From Candidatus Omnitrophota bacterium (GTDB lineage: Bacteria > Omnitrophota > Gorgyraeia > Zapsychrales > Zapsychraceae), in assembly GCA_022703565.1 (NCBI GenBank), contig JAKLDK010000003.1, positions 1-54,603 of the forward strand: a stretch of DNA of 54,603 bases, in the 5' to 3' direction. The position numbers and the translations under genes are program-made. Each line of letters begins with the position of its first letter. The stretch's first letter is position 1. This document shows, one piece after another, positions 33,991 through 43,152 of this stretch. The notes under the pieces were generated by a model, which made no database searches, was not told where the DNA came from, and was given only the letters and a program-made list of their open reading frames with translations.

Positions 33991-35013
33991 ATGAATAAAA
34001 ACATTTTAGAATATTCTCTTAAAGAGCTTACGCATATTATCGAACAAAGCAGTTTCCCTTCCTTCCGTGCCAAACAAATATTTGATTGGATTTATAAAAA
34101 AGGCGTTTCTTCTTTTGCCCAAATGAGAAATATTCCGGAAGAATTAAAAAGCTTTCTGGATAAAGAATACGCAATTTATTTTCCTAACGTCGATTCAAAT
34201 CAAGTTTCAGCGGATGGCACAACTAAATATCTTTTTAGCCTGTCGGATAAGGAGAAAATAGAAACGGTTGTAATTCCGACGAAAAAGAGGGCGACGGTTT
34301 GTGTTTCGACACAGGTTGGCTGCAAATATTCCTGTAGGTTTTGTGCCAGCGGGCTTAAAGGTTTTAAAAGAAATTTATCAACTGCTGAAATTGTCGGGCA
34401 AGTGCTTTATTTGAAGAAAATATTAAAAGAAGAAATTACCCATATTGTTTTTATGGGAGTAGGCGAGCCTTTTGATAATTATGATAATTTAATTAAAGCG
34501 ATTAGGATAATTAATAGCAAAGAAGGTCTTAACATTGCGGCACGCCGGATAACCATATCAACCTGCGGTTTGTCGGATAAAATAATGAAGTTTTCGCAAG
34601 AAAAAATACAAGTTGAGCTGGCGGTATCATTGCATAGCGCTAATAATGAAATCCGAAGCAAATTAATGCCGGTAAACAATATCTTTCCTTTAAAAGATTT
34701 GATTAAAACTTGTTTTGATTATGTCGAGGAAACAAACCGGCAGATAACATTTGAATACTTATTGATAAAAGATTTAACCTGCACAGAAAAAGGCGCGATT
34801 GAATTAGCGCAATTGCTAAAAGGCCTTTTAGCAAAAGTTAATTTGATTGTTTATAATGAGGTCAAAGAGCTTAATTATAAATCTCCCTCTTTGCCGGAGG
34901 TGCAATCATTTCAGGATAAATTAACAATTCTAGGAGTTCATCATGTATTGCGTACTCCTCGCGGACGGGATATCTCAGCTGCGTGCGGACAACTTAGGAT
35001 TAGGAACAATTAA
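33991..35013 (+). CDS. rlmN: 23S rRNA / tRNA (adenine-C2)-methyltransferase RlmN (radical SAM)
   Basis: FRAKQIFDWIYKKGV is present, as are the CxxxCxxC cluster VSTQVGCKYSCRFCASG, GVGEP and the C-terminal DISAACGQL. I prefer ATG 33991, after the accA stop; the tracked ORF starts at 33964. Confidence 0.93.
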   Translation: MNKNILEYSLKELTHIIEQSSFPSFRAKQIFDWIYKKGVSSFAQMRNIPEELKSFLDKEYAIYFPNVDSNQVSADGTTKYLFSLSDKEKIETVVIPTKKRATVCVSTQVGCKYSCRFCASGLKGFKRNLSTAEIVGQVLYLKKILKEEITHIVFMGVGEPFDNYDNLIKAIRIINSKEGLNIAARRITISTCGLSDKIMKFSQEKIQVELAVSLHSANNEIRSKLMPVNNIFPLKDLIKTCFDYVEETNRQITFEYLLIKDLTCTEKGAIELAQLLKGLLAKVNLIVYNEVKELNYKSPSLPEVQSFQDKLTILGVHHVLRTPRGRDISAACGQLRIRNN

Positions 35014-35091
35014 TCTGTAAAGCACAAGTATTGGTTTTTTGGCGCACTTATCCGATAAAATTTAACAAAAGTGAATTATCCACCAGTTAAT

Positions 35092-35100
35092 TGGTATAAT
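35092..35100 (+). promoter_or_regulatory. Extended -10 promoter element TGGTATAAT upstream of the radical-SAM/glycosyltransferase operon
   Basis: It matches TGnTATAAT and lies 33 nt upstream of ATG 35133. Confidence 0.4.
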
Positions 35101-35132
35101 ATTTTTATTAATATCCATATTAAAAGGTGAAC

Positions 35133-36776
35133 ATGCGAATTGGTTTGGTTGGGCTAGGCTCGGAACAATTAGGAATTAGCCTTTTATCGGCAATAGCGAA
35201 AAGTTATGGCCACGAAGTATTTTTAAGTTTTTCTGCCGGGTTATTTAATGACCGATATAATTTAAGAATAACTCCCTTAGGACGCATATTTGATGATTCA
35301 GATTCGGTAGTTCAAGATGTTTTAAACAATAATCCGGACATTGTTTGTTTTTCCCCTTTGACTAGTACTTATCAGTGGATGATTTCTGTCGCGCAAAGGC
35401 TTAAAAGTGTTAACCCGGATATTAAAATTGTATTTGGCGGAGTTCACTCCTCGGCCGTGCCCATAAAGGTTATTGCAAAAGATTGTGTCGATTATGTTTG
35501 CGTCGGGGAAGGCGACAGTGTTTTCCCGTTGATACTGGATGAGCTTTCTAACAAAGAAAATAATATAGCAATCCCAAATACTTACCATAAAAGTATTGAC
35601 GGAAAAATAATTAACCCAGGCGGAAACATTTTTACTGAAGATTTAAATTCGCTTCCAATGTTCGACAAGCCTTTATGGGAAGAGTTTATTAATTTTAACG
35701 AAATGTATTTTACGATGGCGTCCCGCGGATGCCCTTTTAAGTGCAGTTATTGTTTTAACAGTTATTTTGCGAAACTTTATGGGGATTCTCCGGAGAAACA
35801 TATACGTTATCGTAGCAGCGACCATGTTTTATATGAGTTAAGTTTAGCAAAAAGAAGGTATAACCCTAAATTTGTCGAGTTTGAAGATGATGTTTTTACT
35901 GTTAACAAAAGCTGGCTAATAAAGTTATTATCGCGCTATAAGACTGAAATTAATATTCCCTTCCAATGCCTAGTCCATCCCACTTTTATCGACGATGAAA
36001 TCGGGAAGATATTATCTGATGCCGGATGTGTTTATGTCCAGATGGGGATACAAAGCTTGGATGAAGAGTATAAAAGAACTGTTCTTAAAAGGAATGAGAG
36101 TAATAAAAAAGTTGAGAATGCGCTTAAAATATTCAACAAATATAAAATAAAGGTAAAGGTTGATCATATGCTGGCTTTGCCGGGAGAACAAATTATAGCA
36201 CAGGAAAAGGCTTTAAATTTATACAAAGAGCACAAGCCGTACCGGGTACAAACATTTTGGACAAATTATTTTCCCGGGACGGAATTGGTTCACCAGGCTT
36301 TGGAAAAAGGGGATTTAACTTTAGAAGAAGTAGGCGCCATTAATGATGGACTCTCGGGTGAGTTTTATCGTGCTCTAGGCAAGCCGATGAGGAGTAAAAT
36401 GCTAAAGACTTACTTGTCTTATGAGTTGGCTTTTAAGTTAACCTCGATTTTACCGGAGTTTCTAATGCGGAAATTGTCAGCCAAAGCGTTTACTTTTCTA
36501 CCCGCGGGGATCATTTCTTTTACTATTTTTGTTATTGATGCCTTAAGCGGAATTATGAGTAGAAATCCAGATCATATTATGTATGCTAAACATATTGCCG
36601 TACATTTACTTAGGTTTGTTTTTAAAAAAGCGGGGCTTAAGCCGGTAAAATTATCTAAAATCAAAGAAGATATTGAATTTAAAATCGATTTAGTGGGGAA
36701 GGGGCGCCTGAAGCGAGAAAAAACTGATGAAAACGAAACTTTAGCCCAACAAGGAGAGTATGCTAAACAAAATTAA
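35133..36776 (+). CDS. B12-binding-domain radical SAM protein
   Basis: The N-terminal B12-binding-like domain reads DIVCFSPLTSTY...VFGGVHSSAVP. The radical-SAM cluster is ASRGCPFKCSYCFN. The start is ATG 35133 or GTG 35127. Confidence 0.8.
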   Translation: MRIGLVGLGSEQLGISLLSAIAKSYGHEVFLSFSAGLFNDRYNLRITPLGRIFDDSDSVVQDVLNNNPDIVCFSPLTSTYQWMISVAQRLKSVNPDIKIVFGGVHSSAVPIKVIAKDCVDYVCVGEGDSVFPLILDELSNKENNIAIPNTYHKSIDGKIINPGGNIFTEDLNSLPMFDKPLWEEFINFNEMYFTMASRGCPFKCSYCFNSYFAKLYGDSPEKHIRYRSSDHVLYELSLAKRRYNPKFVEFEDDVFTVNKSWLIKLLSRYKTEINIPFQCLVHPTFIDDEIGKILSDAGCVYVQMGIQSLDEEYKRTVLKRNESNKKVENALKIFNKYKIKVKVDHMLALPGEQIIAQEKALNLYKEHKPYRVQTFWTNYFPGTELVHQALEKGDLTLEEVGAINDGLSGEFYRALGKPMRSKMLKTYLSYELAFKLTSILPEFLMRKLSAKAFTFLPAGIISFTIFVIDALSGIMSRNPDHIMYAKHIAVHLLRFVFKKAGLKPVKLSKIKEDIEFKIDLVGKGRLKREKTDENETLAQQGEYAKQN

Positions 36777-38433
36777 GAATATTTTTGATTATATTGTAAA
36801 AGATGAAGCCTTAAGCTTGATAATCGTATTTATTTTGATGGTATTTTCGCGGGTAAATATTTTTGTGAATAATTTTGTGATGGATGATATGGATTTTATC
36901 GTCAGTTGGCCTTTAATCCAGGATCTTGCGAATTGGCCGAGCTTTTTTATAAATTATATTCCTCCGGCGGGGCAAGAAGGCATATATTCGCCGTTAAAAA
37001 CTCTTGTTCATGCTATATTTTATAATTTATTTGGTTTAAATCCTTTGGGTTATCATATTGTTTCTCTTTTGATTCATGGTTCTGGAATTTACTTTGTTTA
37101 CAAAATAATTGATAGGCTTACCGGCAATAAAACAATAGGATTTGTTAGCACAGTAATCTTTGCTGTACATCCGGTTCAGGTTGAGGCGATAACATATATG
37201 ACGGCGAGTGTAGATATGGTTGGAATAGTGTTTTTGTTTGGTGCTTTTTATTTCTTAATGTTATCAGTGGATGAAGCTGGGCGAAAAAACGTTGTTTACT
37301 ATATGGTTTCAATGTTTTTGGGGGTTTTAGCAGTGTTTACTCATGAGCTGGCGATATCAATTCCATTGTTATTTTTGTGGTATCTGTTTTGTTATTCTAA
37401 AGATTCTTATAAAAAGATTTTCTTAAGAACATTGCCATTCTTAGCGATTGTCCTCATTTATGTTTTGTGCAAAATCTTGGCCTTGGGCGGTATTACTCGC
37501 GGGGAATATGTCGGCGGAAGTTTTTATTTGACGATGTTAATCGCTATAAAGGCATTATTTAAATATATTGTGATTTGTTTTTTCCCGTTCGTATTAACGC
37601 ACAATCACATAATTTCTTCCGGGATTTCATCTTTTGGCCAGGATGATTTTGATAAATATAAGGTTATGGCACAATCAATATTTGATTTGAATACTTTTAT
37701 CCCGTTTTTAATGTTGCTATCGCTTGTTGCCCTTGCCGTTATTTATTACCGCAAGAATCGCCTGATTAGCTTTGCGATAGGATGGTATTTTTTGGCTCTT
37801 TTGCCGGTATCAAATATTATTCCCAGCGGAGTTTTATTTGGCGAAAGGTATTTGTATCCGGGATTATTGGGTTTTGCTTTGATGGTAGGAGTTCTGTTTG
37901 ATTATGCTTATAACAAAAATAAAATTTATGCGATAAGCTTGATTGTCTTGCTGATTACAACAGGATTTTATGTTGTGCGGACATTAATCAGGAATGCTGA
38001 TTGGAAAAACGAAATAGCTTTAATGGAATCGGCAGTTAAGGCTAATCCCCAGAGCGCGTTAATGCGAAATGACTTAGGGCTTATTTATACAAAGAATAGT
38101 CGCAACGAAGACGCCTTAAAAAGCTTTAAAGAGGCTTTGTTTCGTCGGAGCGATGACCCTGTGACTTATTTCTCAATGGCGGAAAGCTATATTCAGCTCA
38201 AACAATATAAGAATGCGATTGATTCTCTTGAGGCTGCAATTAAATACAATCCGGAATATGCCGAAGCTTATTATAATTTAGCCAGTATTTATGCTGTATG
38301 GAAAATGAATGACAAAGCGCTTGAAAACTTAAATAAAGCGCTGATTTTTTATGAAAAGAGCGGCAAAAAAAACGAGGGTGAAAAACTCAAAAAAGCATTT
38401 TTTAGCTATTATAAGGATTTAAATGGCGATTGA
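36760..38433 (+). CDS. TMTC/PMT-like GT-C membrane glycosyltransferase with C-terminal TPR repeats (paralogue 1)
   Basis: The N-terminal loop is NNFVMDDMDFIVSWPLIQD...GIYSPLKTLVH, with the DD motif of GT-C enzymes. About 10 TM segments follow, then TPR units (NPEYAEAYYNLASIY). It overlaps the upstream gene by 17 nt. Confidence 0.65.
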   Translation: MLNKIKNIFDYIVKDEALSLIIVFILMVFSRVNIFVNNFVMDDMDFIVSWPLIQDLANWPSFFINYIPPAGQEGIYSPLKTLVHAIFYNLFGLNPLGYHIVSLLIHGSGIYFVYKIIDRLTGNKTIGFVSTVIFAVHPVQVEAITYMTASVDMVGIVFLFGAFYFLMLSVDEAGRKNVVYYMVSMFLGVLAVFTHELAISIPLLFLWYLFCYSKDSYKKIFLRTLPFLAIVLIYVLCKILALGGITRGEYVGGSFYLTMLIAIKALFKYIVICFFPFVLTHNHIISSGISSFGQDDFDKYKVMAQSIFDLNTFIPFLMLLSLVALAVIYYRKNRLISFAIGWYFLALLPVSNIIPSGVLFGERYLYPGLLGFALMVGVLFDYAYNKNKIYAISLIVLLITTGFYVVRTLIRNADWKNEIALMESAVKANPQSALMRNDLGLIYTKNSRNEDALKSFKEALFRRSDDPVTYFSMAESYIQLKQYKNAIDSLEAAIKYNPEYAEAYYNLASIYAVWKMNDKALENLNKALIFYEKSGKKNEGEKLKKAFFSYYKDLNGD

Positions 38434-39112
38434 TTTATCGGTTGTAATTCCAGTTTATAATGCAAGAAAGATACTGAGGCAGAATGCCGGGCGGATTATT
38501 TCTGCCCTAGAAAAAGAAAGAATTGATTACGAAATTATTTTTTGTGATGACAAAAGCCGGGATGATTCAAAAGAAATACTCGAAGGCTTAGCGCAGAAAA
38601 CCCCTTGTATTAAATATCTTCTAAACGAGGAGAATCAAGGGCTGGGCGGGTGTTTAACCCGTTTGTTTGCGGAAGCCCAGGGCGAGAATATTATTTATTG
38701 TGATTGCGATTTGCCTTTTGGCGAAGGGGTTTTTAAGCAGTTGTTAGACGCGTCTTGTAATTACGATATTGTTGTTGCTTCGCGGTATAAGGGAGAAAGA
38801 AATAAGACGAGGCTTTACCGTAAAATATTCAGCCGTTTGTATTTTTTCTTTTGCTGGATATTGTTTTCTTTGGATGTGCGGGATATCGGCTCAGGGAGCG
38901 TTTTAATTAAAAGGAATATTATCCCTAAGTTGAATTTACATGCAAAGGGCTTTGATATTCATGCCGAGATGTATGTTAAGGCAATATCTTTAGGTTTTAA
39001 GATTAATGAAATTCCGGTTAAGTCTTATGAAGTCGGAGAAGGCAGTTTTTCTGTCCTTAAACATGGCTTAAACATTGTCATCGGAACAATGAGATTCTGG
39101 CTTAAGAAATAA
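38423..39112 (+). CDS. GT2-family glycosyltransferase (polyprenol-phosphate hexose synthase-like)
   Basis: LSVVIPVYNARKIL, IIFCDDKSRDDS and a DxD-type CDCD motif are present. Its small size (229 aa) is typical of Dpm1/ArnC-like enzymes. Confidence 0.75.
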   Translation: MAIDLSVVIPVYNARKILRQNAGRIISALEKERIDYEIIFCDDKSRDDSKEILEGLAQKTPCIKYLLNEENQGLGGCLTRLFAEAQGENIIYCDCDLPFGEGVFKQLLDASCNYDIVVASRYKGERNKTRLYRKIFSRLYFFFCWILFSLDVRDIGSGSVLIKRNIIPKLNLHAKGFDIHAEMYVKAISLGFKINEIPVKSYEVGEGSFSVLKHGLNIVIGTMRFWLKK

Positions 39113-39126
39113 GGGAAGAATAAAAA

Positions 39127-40782
39127 ATGGGTGATAATTTGTTCTTGAAAATTGTTGATAATAGGAAATTAGCGCTAATTGTCATATTGTTTTTTACCGC
39201 CCTTGTTTATATTAATACCTTTGTAAATGAATTTGTAATGGATGATATTTCGTTTATTCAAGACTGGCCTTTGATCCAAGATGCCAATAATTTTCCGCAG
39301 TTTTTCGGCCCCGACAATCAACCGCCGACGGAGAAGGGTGTTTATTCTCCCTTAAAGACATTAGTTCACTTCCTTAATTATCAATTATTTAGACAAAATC
39401 CTTTTGGTTATCATCTGATTGCTCTGCTAATTCATGCCTTAGGAGTAAGCGTTGTTTATTTTTTAAGTCTTTTACTATCACGGAATAAATTAGCAGCATT
39501 TTTGGCTGGTATTTTATTCGCTGTCCATCCGGTTAATACTGAGGCGATTACATTTTTAACTGCCAGTGTTGATTCTTTGGGGGTTGTGCTTTTGTTTGTT
39601 TCCTATCTGTTTTATATTAATAGCCGAGAAGAAATCATAAATTATTTGTTGGCGATTTTATTCGCAGCCGCAGCAGTTTTTACGCATGAACTTGTGATTA
39701 TATTGCCGGCCCTATTCTTGCTTCATGAGATTTGTTTCGGAGGGAAAAAGGTGTGGAAACTGGTTTTGGCTCGAGTCAGCCCATTTTTCGTAATATCAGT
39801 TGTGTATATTGTTTTAAAAAGAATAATTTTGGGGACTGTAACGCGCGGCGATTATCTCTTTGGTAGTTTTTATTTGACGATGCTGGTTATAATCAAGGCT
39901 TTTGCAAAGTATATAATTACTCTGTTCTTTCCATTTAAATTAGCGGTTAACCAAGAAATATCGCCGGGAATTTATTCCGTCGATTGGCAATATTTTGATA
40001 AGTATAAAGTGTTAGGGCAGTCAATTATTGATTGGCAGACAGCGGTTTCTCTCGTATTGATTTTGCTGATAATTATTATCGCGGTAAAAAACTTTAAAGC
40101 TGACCGAATAAAGTTTTTTTGTATAATGTGGTTTTTTATTAGCCTTATTCCTGTTTCCAATATTGTGCCCAGTGAATGTTATTTTGCTTTGCGGTATTTA
40201 TATTTGGCTGGTTTTGGGGCATTTTTGCTTGTTGCTATTTATATCACAAGGTATTTTGAGGATGATAAGGTTAAGTACAGCAATAAGAAAAGGCTTGTTT
40301 ATGTTTTAGTTGCAATATTAGGATTTTTAATAATTCGGTCTGTATTAAGAAATAGCGACTGGAGTAATGAGTTAGCTTTTGCCGAAAATGAAGCAAGGGA
40401 ATTTCCCGGCAGTGCCCAGGCGAATAAGAATTTAGGCGCAATCCTTTTGTCCTATGGCCGGATCGATGATGCGTTAAATTATCTTAAGAGGTCTATTGCG
40501 ATAGCTCCTTATGCGGATACTTATTTTGTTCTGGCACAGGCTTATGCTGAGGGTAGAAATAAGGAAATGGAACGTGTGTATCTTCACAAGGCAATTGAAT
40601 TGGATAGTACTTTCGCGGAAGCTTATTACAATTTGGGAGTGCTTTATTTCAAAGAAGGCGACAACTTGAAAGCCAAGGAATATTTAGCGATTGCCAGCAG
40701 TCTACTCGAGAATCAAAATAACAAACAATTTCTAGAAGCGACGAAGGGCTTGTTAAACAAAGTATTGAGTGACGGGAAATGA
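39127..40782 (+). CDS. TMTC/PMT-like GT-C membrane glycosyltransferase with C-terminal TPR repeats (paralogue 2)
   Basis: NEFVMDDISFIQDWPLIQDANNFPQFFGPDNQPPTEKGVYSPLKTLVH is collinear with paralogues 1 and 3. The TPR tail contains DSTFAEAYYNLGVLYF. Confidence 0.65.
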   Translation: MGDNLFLKIVDNRKLALIVILFFTALVYINTFVNEFVMDDISFIQDWPLIQDANNFPQFFGPDNQPPTEKGVYSPLKTLVHFLNYQLFRQNPFGYHLIALLIHALGVSVVYFLSLLLSRNKLAAFLAGILFAVHPVNTEAITFLTASVDSLGVVLLFVSYLFYINSREEIINYLLAILFAAAAVFTHELVIILPALFLLHEICFGGKKVWKLVLARVSPFFVISVVYIVLKRIILGTVTRGDYLFGSFYLTMLVIIKAFAKYIITLFFPFKLAVNQEISPGIYSVDWQYFDKYKVLGQSIIDWQTAVSLVLILLIIIIAVKNFKADRIKFFCIMWFFISLIPVSNIVPSECYFALRYLYLAGFGAFLLVAIYITRYFEDDKVKYSNKKRLVYVLVAILGFLIIRSVLRNSDWSNELAFAENEAREFPGSAQANKNLGAILLSYGRIDDALNYLKRSIAIAPYADTYFVLAQAYAEGRNKEMERVYLHKAIELDSTFAEAYYNLGVLYFKEGDNLKAKEYLAIASSLLENQNNKQFLEATKGLLNKVLSDGK

Positions 40783-42440
40783 TTAAATCAATTAGGTTAA
40801 ATAAGAAAGTCCTGCTGTTAATCGTCCTTTTAATTACCGCGCTTTCTTACGTAAATATAATTGAAAATGATTTTATTCACGACGATTATAATTTTGTGGT
40901 TGATTGGCCGCTAATTAGAAATGTTGCCAATTTTCCCCAGTTTTTTGGTCCGCAGAACCAACCGCCCGGAGAAGAAGGGGTTTACTCGCCCTTAAAAACA
41001 TTAATTCACTCGATTAATTATAATCTTTTTGGCTTAAATCCTTTAGGGCACCATTTGTTTTCAATAATAGTACACCTCTTGGGGACATTCTTTGCTTATA
41101 AAATTGCTAAAAAGATATCTGGTAGCTTTAATATCGCGATATTATGCGCGTTATTTTTCGGATTGCATCCGGTTCACGTTGAAGCTATTGCCTCAATTAC
41201 CGGAAGTGTTGATACTTTGGGAGCCGTATTCGCGCTTATTTCATTTTACTATTATTTGAAAACGAAAGCACAGAAGAGAGCCAGATTAAATTATACGGTT
41301 TCATTTATATGTGCAGTTATTGCAATCTTTACGCACGAGCTTTTAATAATTCTTCCTTTGTTCATCCTTCTTTATGAAATATGTTTTTGTCCAACGGAGA
41401 TTAAGAAGAATAGAACATTTGTATTGCTGTTATTTTTAATAAGCTTGTTTTATGCTTTTCTTAAGCAGGTTATTCTCGGGGCAGTCGCCCGCGGAGGTTA
41501 TGTTTACGATAGTATTTATCTAACGGCATTAATTGTTGTTAAAGCTTTAGCGAAATATGTCCTGATCCTTCTATTTCCGTTTAAACTTTCTTTAAATCAT
41601 GAAATTTCCAAGGGTATTTATTCTGTTGATTGGCAAGATTTTGATAAAACGTCGGTCCTTTCACAATCAATGTTTGATGTCCAGGTTATTCTTTCGATTG
41701 TATTAATTGCCTTTATGGGATATTGGCTTATTAAGAATTACAAGAAAGAGCCGCTTATTAGTTTTTGTATCGGATGGTTCTTTGTTAGCCTGCTTCCGGT
41801 TATGAACATAATACCCTCGGGGAGTTTTTTCGCCGAACGCTATTTATACCCCGGGTCTTTTGCATTTTGTTTGGCTTTGGCGTATTTATTCGAGAAACTA
41901 AAAAAGCAATTTGCGGATAAAGTTATTTATTCGAAGGGATTAAATGTCTTGCTCATTGTTGTAATTTGTTTTTATTTTGCTAAAACGGTTATTAGAAATA
42001 CTAATTGGCGAGATATGCATAGCTTTTTACTTGCCGAGGTCCGAGCGAATCCGAATAATGCTCTTATGCGAAGGGACCTGGCTCTCGCATATAAAGAGGC
42101 GGGAAGATTTGATGAGGCCATAAGCCATTTTAATGATGCTATTTTAATCAGGCCTTATGATGAAGAATTATTGTTTTTAATCGCCGATACTTATGCCCAG
42201 CAAAAGAACTTTAATAAAGCTATTCACTCTTATTTAAAATCGATTGAGATTAATCAGAAGTTTGCTGATAGTTATTTAAATTTAGCGGGTATTTATTTTT
42301 ATTTGGGGAAATATACTGATGGCAGGATTTATTTTGATAAGGGAATTGAATTATTGCAAAAAAAAGGCCGCTTTAAGGAGGCAGAAGAAATAAAAAAAGG
42401 TTTTGAGAAATATTTATCTGAGAACCAGGGCGGCTATTAA
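40779..42440 (+). CDS. TMTC/PMT-like GT-C membrane glycosyltransferase with C-terminal TPR repeats (paralogue 3)
   Basis: NDFIHDDYNFVVDWPLIRNVANFPQFFGPQNQPPGEEGVYSPLKTLIH is present. Its start overlaps the stop of paralogue 2 as ATGA. It has a TPR tail. Confidence 0.65.
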   Translation: MIKSIRLNKKVLLLIVLLITALSYVNIIENDFIHDDYNFVVDWPLIRNVANFPQFFGPQNQPPGEEGVYSPLKTLIHSINYNLFGLNPLGHHLFSIIVHLLGTFFAYKIAKKISGSFNIAILCALFFGLHPVHVEAIASITGSVDTLGAVFALISFYYYLKTKAQKRARLNYTVSFICAVIAIFTHELLIILPLFILLYEICFCPTEIKKNRTFVLLLFLISLFYAFLKQVILGAVARGGYVYDSIYLTALIVVKALAKYVLILLFPFKLSLNHEISKGIYSVDWQDFDKTSVLSQSMFDVQVILSIVLIAFMGYWLIKNYKKEPLISFCIGWFFVSLLPVMNIIPSGSFFAERYLYPGSFAFCLALAYLFEKLKKQFADKVIYSKGLNVLLIVVICFYFAKTVIRNTNWRDMHSFLLAEVRANPNNALMRRDLALAYKEAGRFDEAISHFNDAILIRPYDEELLFLIADTYAQQKNFNKAIHSYLKSIEINQKFADSYLNLAGIYFYLGKYTDGRIYFDKGIELLQKKGRFKEAEEIKKGFEKYLSENQGGY

Positions 42441-42497
42441 GATGCTCTTACGATTCAAAAAATAGGTTTTTGTAGAGGCAAATGATGATTCTAGATA

Positions 42498-42580
42498 TGC
42501 CGAAGGAGGGAGTCGAACCCTCATGTCCGTTAAGACAACGGTTTTTGAGACCGCCGCGTCTGCCATTCCGCCACTTCGGC
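42498..42580 (-). tRNA. tRNA-Leu (anticodon CAA), type II with a long variable arm
   Basis: The reverse complement folds as a cloverleaf. The acceptor pairs GCCGAAG with CTTCGGC. The anticodon stem pairs GCGGT with ACCGT around loop CTCAAAA. A 15-nt variable arm is present, the T arm is GAGGG-TTCGACT-CCCTC, and the discriminator is A. No CCA is encoded. Confidence 0.9.
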
Positions 42581-42599
42581 AAATCAATAAAGAAATAAG

Positions 42600-42672
42600 T
42601 GGAGCTGACGAGGATCGAACTCGTGGCCTCCTGAATGCCATTCAGGCGCTCTCCCAGCTGAGCTACAGCCCC
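42600..42672 (-). tRNA. tRNA-Ala (anticodon GGC)
   Basis: The reverse complement is GGGGCTGTAGCTCAGCTGGGAGAGCGCCTGAATGGCATTCAGGAGGCCACGAGTTCGATCCTCGTCAGCTCCA. It has the G3:U70 identity pair and anticodon loop ATGGCAT. Confidence 0.92.
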
Positions 42673-42743
42673 TTTTTACCTTAGTGTAAATATTTAGAAC
42701 AAAAAGGGTGCTTGTACTTGTTTCGATGAAATAGAAGAGAAAC

Positions 42744-42823
42744 AAGTGCAGCCCCTAAACAAAATGTAAAAGGGATAGTTGTTTATCATTCTAAAAAAAA
42801 AGAGGAAATAAACACGACCCCTT
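42744..42823. repeat. Conserved 80-nt core, copy A, of a 151-nt tandem repeat in the tRNA upstream leader
   Basis: AAGTGCAGCCCCTAAACAAAATGTAAAAGGGATAGTTGTTTATCATTCTAAAAAAAAAGAGGAAATAAACACGACCCCTT is about 93 percent identical to 42895-42975. It is preceded by the hairpin ACTTGTTTC(14 nt)GAAACAAGT. Confidence 0.9.
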
Positions 42824-42894
42824 TATCCCATAATGTAAAGAACTTGATGAAAAGGGAGCAAGTACTTACTACATCTAAGCATGTTGAGGTAAGT

Positions 42895-42975
42895 AAGTGC
42901 AGCCCCTAAACAGCAATGTAAAAGGGATAGTTGTTTATCATTCTAAAAAGAAAGAGGAAATAAATACGACCCCTT
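42895..42975. repeat. Conserved 81-nt core, copy B, of the 151-nt tandem repeat
   Basis: It is near-identical to copy A. The preceding hairpin has a different stem sequence (ACTTAC...GTAAGT) but pairing is preserved. Confidence 0.9.
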
Positions 42976-43017
42976 ATATGTTTAATAAAAAGAACAATGT
43001 GTTTCCAAATGAATGAC

Positions 43018-43046
43018 AATATAGCATTCGCTTCTTTCCTTGTCAA
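43018..43046 (-). promoter_or_regulatory. Sigma-70-type promoter on the minus strand (TTGACA, 17 nt, TATATT), reading toward the repeats and the tRNA genes
   Basis: The -35 is the reverse complement of 43041-43046, TTGACA. The -10 is the reverse complement of 43018-43023, TATATT. The spacer is 17 nt. Confidence 0.6.
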
Positions 43047-43074
43047 TAAATCCTATTCCCGCAAGAAACTTTCA

Positions 43075-43106
43075 TTGTAAACTTTGGAGTATCCAGAGGT
43101 TGACAA
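43075..43106. promoter_or_regulatory. Candidate BirA operator (bioO-like inverted repeat)
   Basis: The site is TTGTAAAC, 16 nt, GTTGACAA; the two half-sites differ at one position as an inverted repeat. It resembles the E. coli bioO architecture TTGTAAACC...GGTTTACAA. It overlaps the -35 of the birA-bio promoter. Confidence 0.55.
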
Positions 43107-43128
43107 TGAATGCCGGATAAATTATTAT
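43100..43128 (+). promoter_or_regulatory. Sigma-70-type promoter of the birA-bio operon (TTGACA, 17 nt, TATTAT)
   Basis: The -35 is at 43100-43105 and the -10 at 43123-43128. SD AAAGGAG and ATG 43153 lie downstream. Confidence 0.6.
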
Positions 43129-43152
43129 ATTTATTAATAAAAAAGGAGCTTT

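Noticed and set aside
42414-42641. A 75-aa minus-strand ORF.
   Set aside because: It is fully explained by the two tRNA genes (Leu-CAA and Ala-GGC) that it overlaps.
42665-42906. The 8-mer GGGGCTG(C/T), the 5' end of tRNA-Ala, recurs in both leader repeats. This could be an att-type duplication from integration at the tRNA.
   Set aside because: The match is only about 8 nt, and integrases usually duplicate the tRNA 3' end rather than the 5' end. No integrase or foreign-looking gene block is adjacent.
42700-42980. The possibility that the 42.7-43.0 kb repeats are a CRISPR array.
   Set aside because: There are only two copies. The units are 80 nt cores within 151-nt periods, the sequence between cores is itself partially homologous, and no cas genes are present in the window.
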